From positions 2,528,001 to 2,592,000 of the forward strand of contig OZ240219.1 of assembly GCA_965197645.1 (NCBI GenBank): DNA of 64,000 nt. The letters run 5' to 3'. The notes below the pieces were generated by a model. The model made no database searches. It was not told the origin of the DNA and was given only the letters and a program-made list of their open reading frames with translations. The DNA is from Dehalococcoidia bacterium. GTDB taxonomy: Bacteria; Chloroflexota; Dehalococcoidia; Plut-88900. Positions 1 through 8,809 of this stretch are shown piece after piece. The position numbers and the translations under genes are program-made. Positions within the stretch are counted from its first letter, which is position 1. Every line of letters begins with the position of its first letter.

Positions 1-55
1 GAGCGGTCGGCTCATAACCGATTGGTCCCTGGTTCGAATCCAGGCGGGCCCACCA
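1..55 (+). tRNA. tRNA with CAT anticodon, 5'-truncated by window edge (likely tRNA-Ile2; Met not excluded)
   Basis: Anticodon arm GTCGG-CTCATAA-CCGAT, T-arm CCTGG-TTCGAAT-CCAGG, acceptor end GGGCCC-A-CCA at 46-55. Confidence 0.92.
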
Positions 56-206
56 TTTCATAGCTAAGACCTGCGGGGACTCGTACTCTCTGGTCGTGGC
101 CTACGACTGAGATCCGCCCACGACATCGGAGTCCCCTAGCTCCACCCCATTGCGATCAATTGTAAGTTCTACGGTCGACCAACCAGCGGTTACGGGCGGG
201 GCTAGC

Positions 207-1430
207 CTAGGAGTTTGCCGGGGCCGAGACGGCTATGATGACTAGGTCGCCCTCTGACACCCCTTCCAACACGGACCTGATGGCCGGTGGGGCCTCGAAG
301 TTGATATAGCCCGAGCCGGAGTTCCGTATGTTGTCCTTTGCCAGGAACGACACCGCCTCCGTCTGGGTCTGAATCCAGACCGTCAGCTCGCGGTTGACGC
401 CCCCTGCGGAGAAAGACTCTCCGATGTGGATGTCGTCGGCCTCGTTGAACCTGAAAGAACCTGCTTCCGAGAAATAGGCCACCCGGTTCAGCGTCATGCC
501 GTTCCACGCAAGCGACCCGTCCCGCAATTGGCCGGAGGCGTGCCAGGCAGAGGTCTCCGATGCGTACCAGGCGCGGTCCTGGCTCCCGTTGTTCTTCCGT
601 CCCCGGTCGCCCACCCGGATCAGTGCGCTGGCGAGAACAGCCTGGTCGTCGCCGGCATCGAAATCGTCCAGGCTGAGGCCCGCGACGACCAGCGTCACCT
701 CGGCTGACAACATCCTGCCGTCCCCGGTGCAAATGGCCCCCTGGCCAGCGCAGTCCTGCGTGACGGGGAGCACAACGGTCACATCGCCATCGCCGTCCGG
801 CGTTACGGTGATCTTCCAGCGGACGTTGCCAGGAGGATCCAGCCGCCGGGCGTTCGTCACCTCGCCTCCGGTCACGGTGAAGGCGTGGTCACGCAGTGTC
901 GCGTAACTGAAGGACGAAACGGGCTCTTCGCTCAAGCGCAGCTCGAAGGTGAAGGCCGTTTGCCCACCGTGAGACGAAGGGGTGTCCAAGAACTCCGCAG
1001 AAAACGCTGTAGAAGAGGCTGTAGCCACCGCAGCCGTCGCCACGCTGGTCCGCGATTCCTCATTCCCTGCGTCGTCGGTGAAAGACACCGTGACTTTGAT
1101 GGCTTTGCCTTCTTCGGAGTCCGTGAGCTGGTACCTCGCTCTGGTGGCCCCTGAGATGTCGACGTCGTCGGCCAGCCACTGGTAGCTGTAGGTCGCGCCG
1201 CTCAGCCCGTCAGCGTCTGCGATGGCCGTAGTGTCCGCCGCGAGAGATTGGCCGACCTGGGCCGTACCGCTTATGGTCGGTTTGCCTGTCGCCTCGTTGT
1301 TGGCCTGGGGGTCTTGCGCCTCCGCCAAGCCGCCCTGATATAGGAACAAAACAAGGGTGCTCAGGACGGCTAATGCCATCCCCGCCACAGCTGGATTAAT
1401 GGCACGCGGCTTGAACAGTTTGAAGATCAT
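207..1430 (-). CDS. Secreted/surface protein with Ig-like repeat modules
   Basis: Hydrophobic signal region after MIFKLFK (ATG 1430, GGGGGA RBS); ATGKPTISGTAQVGQSL..DADG..YSYQW..VTVSFTDDAGN module typical of symbiont surface proteins. Confidence 0.75.
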   Translation of the reverse strand: MIFKLFKPRAINPAVAGMALAVLSTLVLFLYQGGLAEAQDPQANNEATGKPTISGTAQVGQSLAADTTAIADADGLSGATYSYQWLADDVDISGATRARYQLTDSEEGKAIKVTVSFTDDAGNEESRTSVATAAVATASSTAFSAEFLDTPSSHGGQTAFTFELRLSEEPVSSFSYATLRDHAFTVTGGEVTNARRLDPPGNVRWKITVTPDGDGDVTVVLPVTQDCAGQGAICTGDGRMLSAEVTLVVAGLSLDDFDAGDDQAVLASALIRVGDRGRKNNGSQDRAWYASETSAWHASGQLRDGSLAWNGMTLNRVAYFSEAGSFRFNEADDIHIGESFSAGGVNRELTVWIQTQTEAVSFLAKDNIRNSGSGYINFEAPPAIRSVLEGVSEGDLVIIAVSAPANS

Positions 1431-2063
1431 GGGTCCCCCTACAGACTTGAATGGCAAAAAGCGCGGCGACGAGCCGAGTAGATGGACATGAAACAGTGGT
1501 TGCCACCAAAAGCGCGATTGCACTCGGCGGTGCGGCACAGGCCGGTTCAAGCCTTCGTTTATCGGATGCCAACAGGGTACCTCCGAAAGAACTGGCTCGC
1601 AAAACTCCGCACATTCTACATCCTAAGCCATATGATGTGTGGAACAGTCAACTCCATTCCCCGTCGAATCTCTGTACAATCCTTTACACAGAAGGCAAGA
1701 TTGCGCGCAGACGGCCCGACGAGCCCTCGGTCCACGTAGGGCGGGTGATGACCCACGACCAACTTCTGCAATGGGGTCTGGGGTCCGGAGAAAACGGGCC
1801 AACCCTGGCTGGTCCGCGAAGTGGTGTAGAGGCTCCGCCGCAAGCTGGGTGACGCGAATTCGGTTATCACCCGTCCGCCAGCCGTGTCACCTCTTTCCAC
1901 TCCCAGATCCTTCATCTCCTCTTCCGTCAAGTTCATGCTGAGAATTTCCTTATCGATGCAGCCAGCCTCAAGCATGCGTGCGACGAGGTCCCGGTCCATG
2001 CCTTTAATGGCTTCGGTGATCTCCGGCTGATGCTGAAGACCTACAGGGAACAGCACGGCTAAC

Positions 2064-2273
2064 GTGGCCGTTCGTTACATACTCGATCGCCCTGCCGTTG
2101 CGGGCGTTGCTGTTGGTGTACGGCTGGGGGTCGCCCAACATATTCAGGATAACACCCGGGCATTCGACATATCTCTGAGCGAGGAAGACGGAGAGCGGAT
2201 CCGGGCGGTCGTAGATAAATCGAGTAACCTGTTCTCAATTGTCGGCGACTGCGGAGACGAGTACCGCCGCTAG
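2064..2273 (+). pseudogene. Aldo/keto reductase C-terminal fragment
   Basis: VRYILDRPAVAGV.VGVRLG...HIQDN..FDISL...GDCGDEYR resembles AKR C-terminus; N-terminal part absent. Confidence 0.7.
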
Positions 2274-2399
2274 GTTGAGATGCACATAACAGGAGCATCG
2301 CCATGACTCTTCGTCCGGGCTCCGTAGAGGCCGAGGGATTTGGAGTGGGTCAGTGCCGCCGCACAGCATGATTGACCATGTTCCGCCAACCGCAGACAA

Positions 2400-2520
2400 A
2401 ATGGGCACTATCTGTTCCCGTTGCAGGTGTTCGAATACCCGGTCGAGTACGCCGTTCTTAGACCAGCGGTTCATGCGGGTGTAGATGGTGTGCCAGTTGC
2501 CATACCTGAGCGGCAACCGT
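2400..2520 (-). pseudogene. IS5-family transposase fragment
   Basis: LPLRYGNWHTIYTRMNRWSKNGVLDRVFEHLQ matches IS5-family N-terminal motif; no DDE domain or terminal IRs seen. Confidence 0.75.
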
Positions 2521-2782
2521 TCGACCTTCGCGCAACCTAAACGGAAGTCCTGAGTCCGAAGCGCCACTCCAACCGAGAAGTCCATGACAAAGCCTACCGA
2601 ACGATTAGTCGATGATTTACATCAACTCTAGACGGTTACTATTGCAGTTTGCGGTTGAAGATAGGTTGCAACTCCAATATAGTACCTGCGAGAGAGAATA
2701 GCAGACTTGGGGAAAGTCACTTGCCTGGAAACTGGAATCTCTCTAGAAACCGCGAGGTCGAAAGTGCGCTCCCCGCCGAGGA

Positions 2783-5269
2783 GTGGAAGGATGTGCGAAC
2801 GTGACGAAGGTCCTTGACGCGCTGACTTGGCTGGTCACCGTCCAGCCCATCGCCACGCTTCTCGTACTGCTGGCTGTCACCGTCGCGCTTGGCGCGGGGT
2901 TCACCCGGCTTGCTCCCCAGGCCGAAGCCACGGTATTCCTCCCCCAAGACAGCAGGGCGGCAACCGCCTCCAACAAGATCGCGGCCCTGTTCGGAGGCTC
3001 CAATGACACCATAACGGCGACGCTGCTCTTTCGCGGGAACGGGAACGCAGTCCTGACTCCCGAGGGTCTGAGCCAGATGGACGGCGTGCTGAGCCGGGTC
3101 GCTTCCGATCCCAGGGTCGCCCCGCTGCTGGCGCCTCCAAATCCGGTCATCGCTCCCACCAACATGCTGGCCTCCGTCCTTGGCGTCAACGACTTCGCCC
3201 CGCTGTCGCAGCAGCAGATCGATCAGGCGGCGTCGCAGGTCCCTATAGACCGGCTGGTGGGGACCGACTCCGACGGCGCCCAGGTTGCGATAGCCACCGT
3301 GCGTCTGCTCACGGACGCGGACGGAGACGGAGATGCCGAAGACGACGCCGCTGCCCTCACCCAGGCCCAGCTCGCCATCCGGGACCTCGCAGAGGAGAGC
3401 CAGGGGCCGCTTGAAGGCGGCAGCCTGTCTTCGGCCACGGTTTCCGAGGAGACCGGGGGCGCCACCGGCTCTCAGATGATCCTGTTGATGGGACTGGCCC
3501 TGCTGGTGATAGCCGCTCTGCTGCTGTTGTTCACCCGCTCCCTCTTCGACCTGCTGATGTCGTTGCTGGGACTGGTGATGACCATCGTGTGGATGATGGG
3601 TGCGCAGGGCTGGCTCGGACCCAACGGCCTCGGGGTGATCGGCCCGCCCAACATCTTGACCACCATGGTGCCGATCATGCTCATCGGGCTGGTGGTGGAC
3701 TACGCTATCCAGACGGTTGGGCGGTACCGCGAGCAGCGCAACGAGGGGCATCAGGTCGAGGCAGCCGCTCGTCTGGGACTGCGGTTGGTAATCATTCCCC
3801 TCTCGCTGGCCGCTGTCACCACCATAGTCTCTTTCCTGACCAACCTCACCTCTCCGATCCCTGCCAGCGGCGACTTCGGCGTTGTCGCGGGCATCGGGGT
3901 GGGAGCGGGCCTCGTCGTCATGCTGACGCTGCTCTCGTCGTCGCGGGCGCTGCTTGATCGCTGGCGGGCGGGCCGTGGCTCACTGCCCCCCGCCCGCCCG
4001 ATTTCCGGCGCCATACCCGGTGTGGGCCCGGCGGTCGAGGCGCTGGGAGGCATGTTGGCCCGCAGGCCGATGCCGTTCCTGCTGGTCATCGGCGTCGTTA
4101 CCCTGCTGTTGGGCGTCACCTCCACCTACATCGTCACGGTGTTCAACACCAACGACTTCCTGCCCTCCGGCGGCGAAGCCATCCGCCACATCGAGACCCT
4201 CGACGAGGCCTTCGGCGGCTCCACCGGCACGGTGAAGGTGCTGATAGAGACCGAGATCACCGACGACCGCACCGTCCGTAACATCCTCGATTTCAGCGTG
4301 GCGTTCTCGGACGACCTGCGCCGGCCCGAGGGAGTGGTCGGCGGCATCGAGTCGTCCCTCGGCCTCCTGCTGGTCGACTGGATCGCCGACGACGGCACGC
4401 CAGGCGACAACTACGACTCCCAGCTGCGCGAGATGACTCTGGCGGCGGACGACTTCCGCCTCGACCCCGTGGAGATACAAGCGGTCATCGACCGGCTGGA
4501 AGAGCTGGACCCCGAGGGCTTCGCGCAGGTTGCGGTCGACGACCCCAATGGGCCGGATACTCTGCTGATCCAGTTCAAGGCCCTCAAGGGCGACCAGGAG
4601 CGGGCCCAGCGCATGGTAGACGACATAGACGGGCTGTGGTTCGGGCCGCAGGAGGAGATGACGCCGACGTCCGGCGAGATAGTTGGGATCGAAGTGGCCA
4701 ACGCGCTGACCGGCAATCAGACGACCGGGATCATCATCACCATCATCGCCGCGCTCGTCATCCTCTGCCTGTTCTTCTGGATCACCGGGGGCCGTCCTGC
4801 GCTCGGCTTCATAGCCGTCGCTCCCATCGTGATGGCGCTTTTCTGCGTCCTGGGGACCATGACGCTGTTGGGGATTCCGTACAACGTGATAACGGCGCTG
4901 ATCACGGCGCTGTCCATCGGGATCGGTGTGGACTACACTATCCACATCATCCACCGCTATCAGGAGGAGTTCGCCCACTCCAGAGACGCCGAGGCGGCCG
5001 CGCGGCGCACCCTAAGGACCACGGGCTCGGCCTTGCTGGGCTCTGCGCTGACCACCGCGCTCGGCTTAGGGGTGCTGATCTTCTCGTCGCTGCCGCCGTT
5101 CCAGCAGTTCGGGATGGTCACAGCAATCACCATAGCCTACTCGCTGATCGCCGCCATCGTGGTTGTGCCGCCGGCGATGATCCTGTGGGCCGCCTACCAG
5201 AACTACCGGCTGCGCAGCACCCTCACACGCGCCGAACGGGAACTCGCCGATACTCCGCGAGCGCAGTAG
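2783..5269 (+). CDS. MMPL/RND family transporter
   Basis: Two TM bundles with IGLVVDYAI and IGIGVDYTIH motifs and two large loops; start may be GTG 2801. Confidence 0.9.
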   Translation: MEGCANVTKVLDALTWLVTVQPIATLLVLLAVTVALGAGFTRLAPQAEATVFLPQDSRAATASNKIAALFGGSNDTITATLLFRGNGNAVLTPEGLSQMDGVLSRVASDPRVAPLLAPPNPVIAPTNMLASVLGVNDFAPLSQQQIDQAASQVPIDRLVGTDSDGAQVAIATVRLLTDADGDGDAEDDAAALTQAQLAIRDLAEESQGPLEGGSLSSATVSEETGGATGSQMILLMGLALLVIAALLLLFTRSLFDLLMSLLGLVMTIVWMMGAQGWLGPNGLGVIGPPNILTTMVPIMLIGLVVDYAIQTVGRYREQRNEGHQVEAAARLGLRLVIIPLSLAAVTTIVSFLTNLTSPIPASGDFGVVAGIGVGAGLVVMLTLLSSSRALLDRWRAGRGSLPPARPISGAIPGVGPAVEALGGMLARRPMPFLLVIGVVTLLLGVTSTYIVTVFNTNDFLPSGGEAIRHIETLDEAFGGSTGTVKVLIETEITDDRTVRNILDFSVAFSDDLRRPEGVVGGIESSLGLLLVDWIADDGTPGDNYDSQLREMTLAADDFRLDPVEIQAVIDRLEELDPEGFAQVAVDDPNGPDTLLIQFKALKGDQERAQRMVDDIDGLWFGPQEEMTPTSGEIVGIEVANALTGNQTTGIIITIIAALVILCLFFWITGGRPALGFIAVAPIVMALFCVLGTMTLLGIPYNVITALITALSIGIGVDYTIHIIHRYQEEFAHSRDAEAAARRTLRTTGSALLGSALTTALGLGVLIFSSLPPFQQFGMVTAITIAYSLIAAIVVVPPAMILWAAYQNYRLRSTLTRAERELADTPRAQ

Positions 5270-5416
5270 ACATGCCGGAGCAGGCGATCAACTGGATGAG
5301 AGGCGGCGGTTATGATATCTCATGCGGCGTCGACCTGACGCCATCTCTTCTCATACCTCCCAGAACGAGGTTTTGGGCGACGTGCCAGTTGACCGTGAAA
5401 CGCTTCCGCCCGGCCC

Positions 5417-5530
5417 CTTCAACTCCACGACGCCTATGGGCAGGCCGTTGACGAACAACACCATGTCCGGCGTGTGAGTGTTCCTGTTCTCGGAGACGGT
5501 GAACTGGTTGACAGCAAACCAGTCGTTAAT
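5417..5530 (-). pseudogene. hsdR: Type I restriction endonuclease HsdR fragment
   Basis: Manual translation [37 protein letters not shown] = HsdR N-terminal nuclease motif; only ~38 codons remain; not in the ORF track. Confidence 0.8.
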
Positions 5531-5580
5531 CCTCAGAGGTCAGAGGCTCGCGTGGTAAGTGATGGGGTACCCCAGTTGAC

Positions 5581-5653
5581 CTAGAGGACGACCTCCCACC
5601 GAAAAGTTCGCAATTCAGTCTTACATGGCCCACCACCGCTTACGGTAGATACC
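5581..5653 (-). other. Detached in-frame 3' end of the serine recombinase gene (VS-TVSGGGPCKTELRTFRWEVVL*)
   Basis: Shares GTA TCT codons in frame with recombinase codons at 31049-31054; reads through the tRNA-like att core. Confidence 0.7.
5627..5635 (+). repeat. att core, direct repeat of tRNA 3' end (GGCCCACCA)
   Basis: Identical to 47-55. Confidence 0.7.
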
Positions 5654-5656
5654 GCC
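5643..5656 (-). repeat. Left inverted recombination site (CGGTA-GA-TACCG palindrome)
   Basis: Reverse complement GGCGGTATCTACCG matches 31045-31058 at 12/14. Confidence 0.65.
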
Positions 5657-5764
5657 ATCTTCGAGATGTCGCTCGGCAGCCTGTCGGCGCACCGAGGTCT
5701 GTCGATTCCCGTAGTGTGACGTGTAGGGACGGTCGAACGTAGGGAGCGTCTCGCCATTGGGACT

Positions 5765-8161
5765 TCACTCTCTCTGCGTCTCGCCCTTGGGCATCCGGTA
5801 GCCGACGCGAGGCTCGGTGAAGATGTAGGTGGGATTGTCCGCATCGTCGCCCAGCTTGCGGCGGAGGCTGCTAACGATGGTCCTCATGGCGCGAACGTCG
5901 CTGTCGGTCTTCTCCCCCCACACCCGTTGCAGCAGATGCTCGTAGGTCAACACACGTCCTCCGTTCGCCGAAAGCTCGGCGAGCAGCCGGTACTCGATGG
6001 CCATCAGCTGGAGCGGACGGCCTGCGAGCGTCACACGGCGTTCGCCGTAGTTGACCACGAGGCCGCCCAGCACATACGGCTCTGACGACTCGGACGCCGC
6101 CCGCTTCCGCAGGGCCGCCCTGATCCTCGCCGCAAGCTCAGTTGGCGAGAAGGGCTTGGCGACGTAATCCACGGCCCCCATGTCCAAGGCCCTGGCAACA
6201 AGCTGGTCCTGTCCATAGGCGGACAGGAAGATCACCGGCACGTCCACCGCCTCCAGGATGTCCTTCATCAACTCGATCCCGTCGGCGCCCGGCAGCATCA
6301 TGTCGAGCAAGACAAGATCGGGCTTCTCGTCTACCACGAGGCGGAGCGCCTCTCCCGGGTCCCCAGTCACCAGCGGCGCATAGCCCGCCCTGTTGAGGGC
6401 GTCGCTGACGTACCTGAGCGCCTGGGGGTCGTCGTCCACCGCAAGGACGCGCACCGGTTGACCCGCCTCCCCCACCGCTCGCTGTGAGGAGCGGACCGAG
6501 CGCGGCGTGGGGACGCTCGCCGTGCCGCTCCCGGACTCTTCGACAGACGGAAGCGTGAAGGTGAACCGCGCTCCCATGCCCGGCCCCTCGCTCTCCGCCC
6601 AGATGCGGCCCCCGTGCGCCTCCACTATCCCCTTGCAGATGGCGAGGCCCAGGCCAGACCCGAGAACACCGCTTCCGCGTTCGTCGCCCTCGATCCGGGT
6701 GAACTTCCGAAACAGGAAGGGCAGCTGCTCAGAGGGTATGCCCCTGCCCTCGTCGGCGACCGAGACCGCAACGTAAAGGCCCTCCCGCACGGCGGACACC
6801 CTGATGACGGACGACTCCGAGGAGTGCCGGGCGGCGTTGGACAGCAGGTTGCCCAGCACCTGCACGATGCGCAGCCGGTCCGCCATGACCAGGGGCAGGT
6901 CGGGTCCGATCTCGATGGCGAGGTTGTTCCTGCCTCCTGAGCTGATGAAGGCGCTCCTTGCCCGGTCCACCAGCGCAGCCACCTCCGCAGGTTCCGGGGC
7001 GACCGGCAGCGTGCCCGTCTCGATGCGGGCCACGTCCAGCAGGTCGGCCACGAGTTCGTGCATGTGGTCGGCCTGCTCCTCGATGATGCGGAAGAACTGG
7101 CGGACCACTGCGGGGTCCATGTCGGTGGACGAACCCAGCACCGTTGCCGCGGAACCCTTGATGGAGGTCAGCGGCCCCCGCAGCTCGTGGCTCACCATCC
7201 CCAGGAACTCGGCGCGCAGCCGCTCAAGCTCCTCCAGGGCCGTCATGTCCTGGAGGGTGACCACCACCGACTCCAGCTCGCCTTCCTCGGAGCGGATGGG
7301 CGTGGCATTGATGATGGTCGTGACGCTCCGCCCGTCGGCTACCTGCATCACGATCTCCTCGGCCCGCACCGTCTCCCCTGTGCTCAGCGCCTGCGCTATC
7401 GGGAACTCTTGCAGCGAAATCTCCCGCCCGTCGGCTCGCCGGTAGGTCAGCGTCTGAAGCAGCTCCTCCACCGTCTGGTCCGGGTTGCGCAGGCCGTCGA
7501 CGATCCTCCTCCCTTCCCGGTTGAGCGACGACGGGGCTCCGGTCTTCGCATCGAAGACCACCACGCCCACGGGGCAGGTGTTGACGAGGGTCTCCAGGTC
7601 GGCCCTGGCCCGCTGCTCCTCCCTGTGCCTGCGGGCGTTGGTAATGGCCATCGCAGCCTGGGACGCGAACATCAGCAGCGTGTCCTCGTCCTCCTGGGTG
7701 AACTCAAGGCCCCCCTCCTTGTCCGATAGATAGAGGTTGCCGATGTGTCGCCCCCTGTGACGGATGGGCGCGCCCAGAAAGCCCTGCACCGGCCCCAGGG
7801 GAGGGCCGATCTCCGGTAGACCCAGCGCCGTCGTGTAGGCGGAGAAGTCGGAGACCCTGAGCGGTTCGGGAAGGCTGCTCAGGTGGGCGAAGAACTCCGG
7901 TCCCCCCGGCAGATCGACGAACCGCTGGCGCTCTTCGGCGGTCATCCCGGAGGTGATGAACGACATCAACTCCCCCGCCTCGTCGAGGGCGGTAAGGCCG
8001 CTGATCCTCGCGCCGGTGAGGGAGCGTGCCGCGTCCACCACCTCTTGCAGGACGGTGTCGAGGTCGAGGTCCTCGGTGATGCGGACGCCCGCCTCACTCA
8101 GTCCGGAGAGGCGGTTCCGCAGGGTTTCAATCTCCCGTTTCAGGCTGTCTGCTGGCTCCAA
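5765..8161 (-). CDS. Hybrid sensor kinase-response regulator (GAF-PAS-HisKA-HATPase-REC-winged helix)
   Basis: VSHELRGPL H-box, NLLSNA, GSGLGLAI, DDD..DLVLLD receiver, YIFTEPRVGYR KdpE/OmpR-type tail; TTG 8161 with GAGGTG RBS preferred over 8284. Confidence 0.9.
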   Translation of the reverse strand: MEPADSLKREIETLRNRLSGLSEAGVRITEDLDLDTVLQEVVDAARSLTGARISGLTALDEAGELMSFITSGMTAEERQRFVDLPGGPEFFAHLSSLPEPLRVSDFSAYTTALGLPEIGPPLGPVQGFLGAPIRHRGRHIGNLYLSDKEGGLEFTQEDEDTLLMFASQAAMAITNARRHREEQRARADLETLVNTCPVGVVVFDAKTGAPSSLNREGRRIVDGLRNPDQTVEELLQTLTYRRADGREISLQEFPIAQALSTGETVRAEEIVMQVADGRSVTTIINATPIRSEEGELESVVVTLQDMTALEELERLRAEFLGMVSHELRGPLTSIKGSAATVLGSSTDMDPAVVRQFFRIIEEQADHMHELVADLLDVARIETGTLPVAPEPAEVAALVDRARSAFISSGGRNNLAIEIGPDLPLVMADRLRIVQVLGNLLSNAARHSSESSVIRVSAVREGLYVAVSVADEGRGIPSEQLPFLFRKFTRIEGDERGSGVLGSGLGLAICKGIVEAHGGRIWAESEGPGMGARFTFTLPSVEESGSGTASVPTPRSVRSSQRAVGEAGQPVRVLAVDDDPQALRYVSDALNRAGYAPLVTGDPGEALRLVVDEKPDLVLLDMMLPGADGIELMKDILEAVDVPVIFLSAYGQDQLVARALDMGAVDYVAKPFSPTELAARIRAALRKRAASESSEPYVLGGLVVNYGERRVTLAGRPLQLMAIEYRLLAELSANGGRVLTYEHLLQRVWGEKTDSDVRAMRTIVSSLRRKLGDDADNPTYIFTEPRVGYRMPKGETQRE

Positions 8162-8252
8162 TGCGCCACCTCGCTTGTGCTGCGGAAGACCCCATACTCC
8201 CACCTCATTGACCGGCTGGAATGGGGACAACCGGGGCAATTCTAGCATTTTG

Positions 8253-8309
8253 GTCGAAAGTTGATAAGACATTACGGAAAACACGTCGAAAGTTGATAGC
8301 GAGTTGATA
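8253..8309. promoter_or_regulatory. Direct-repeat operator
   Basis: GTCGAAAGTTGATA at 8253 and 8285; AGTTGATA again at 8302 (11-bp spacing). Confidence 0.6.
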
Positions 8310-8478
8310 CGCGTGCGGTATAGTGGGGAGTGACTTTGCCCGATTGAGGGAGATATTCACTTGGCGTTCGACAGGCCGATACCTGCAACAGAGACAGCGG
8401 GCGCACCGGTGGCGGAAGCCGCCGCGACAGCCGCGCTTGAGGCCGTCTTCGCCCGCTGCGTATTCGCACAGATGTTCA

Positions 8479-8493
8479 CCCCCCCCCCCCCCC
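8479..8493. repeat. Poly-C15 tract in divergent intergenic region
   Basis: 15 consecutive C. Confidence 0.9.
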
Positions 8494-8809
8494 GATTTTC
8501 GTCGCCAGCCCGTAGCCGGGCCTCTCTCTTTCGCTTCGAACCCTCTCACCTCCGCCGCGTCGCCGCACGCCCGGAGCACACGCCGCTTTCGGACGGCGCA
8601 CCCAACGCCACTAGGGAGCGGGCAAGCCTCTTGCCGACCGACTTCGCCCGTCCGCCGTCTCTCATATCAACCGTCGCTGCCCGCGACCCTCCACTAGGAG
8701 CGCGCCCGTGGGTGCCACACCTCGTACATCGACGCAGGCTCACGCCAGCCACCCCGTTGGACGGAGGCCCGGCGACGGCCACACACAACACACACAAGGA
8801 GGAGAAACC

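Larger units (their letters stand above)
56..5635. mobile_element. Decayed tRNA-anchored genomic island (island A)
   Basis: GGCCCACCA direct repeat at 47-55 and 5627-5635; contains AKR, IS5 and HsdR fragments; no intact integrase inside. Confidence 0.6.

Noticed and set aside
1616-2056. 146-aa ORF, possible enzyme fragment
   Set aside because: Protein-like in part, but no recognisable motif or convincing start
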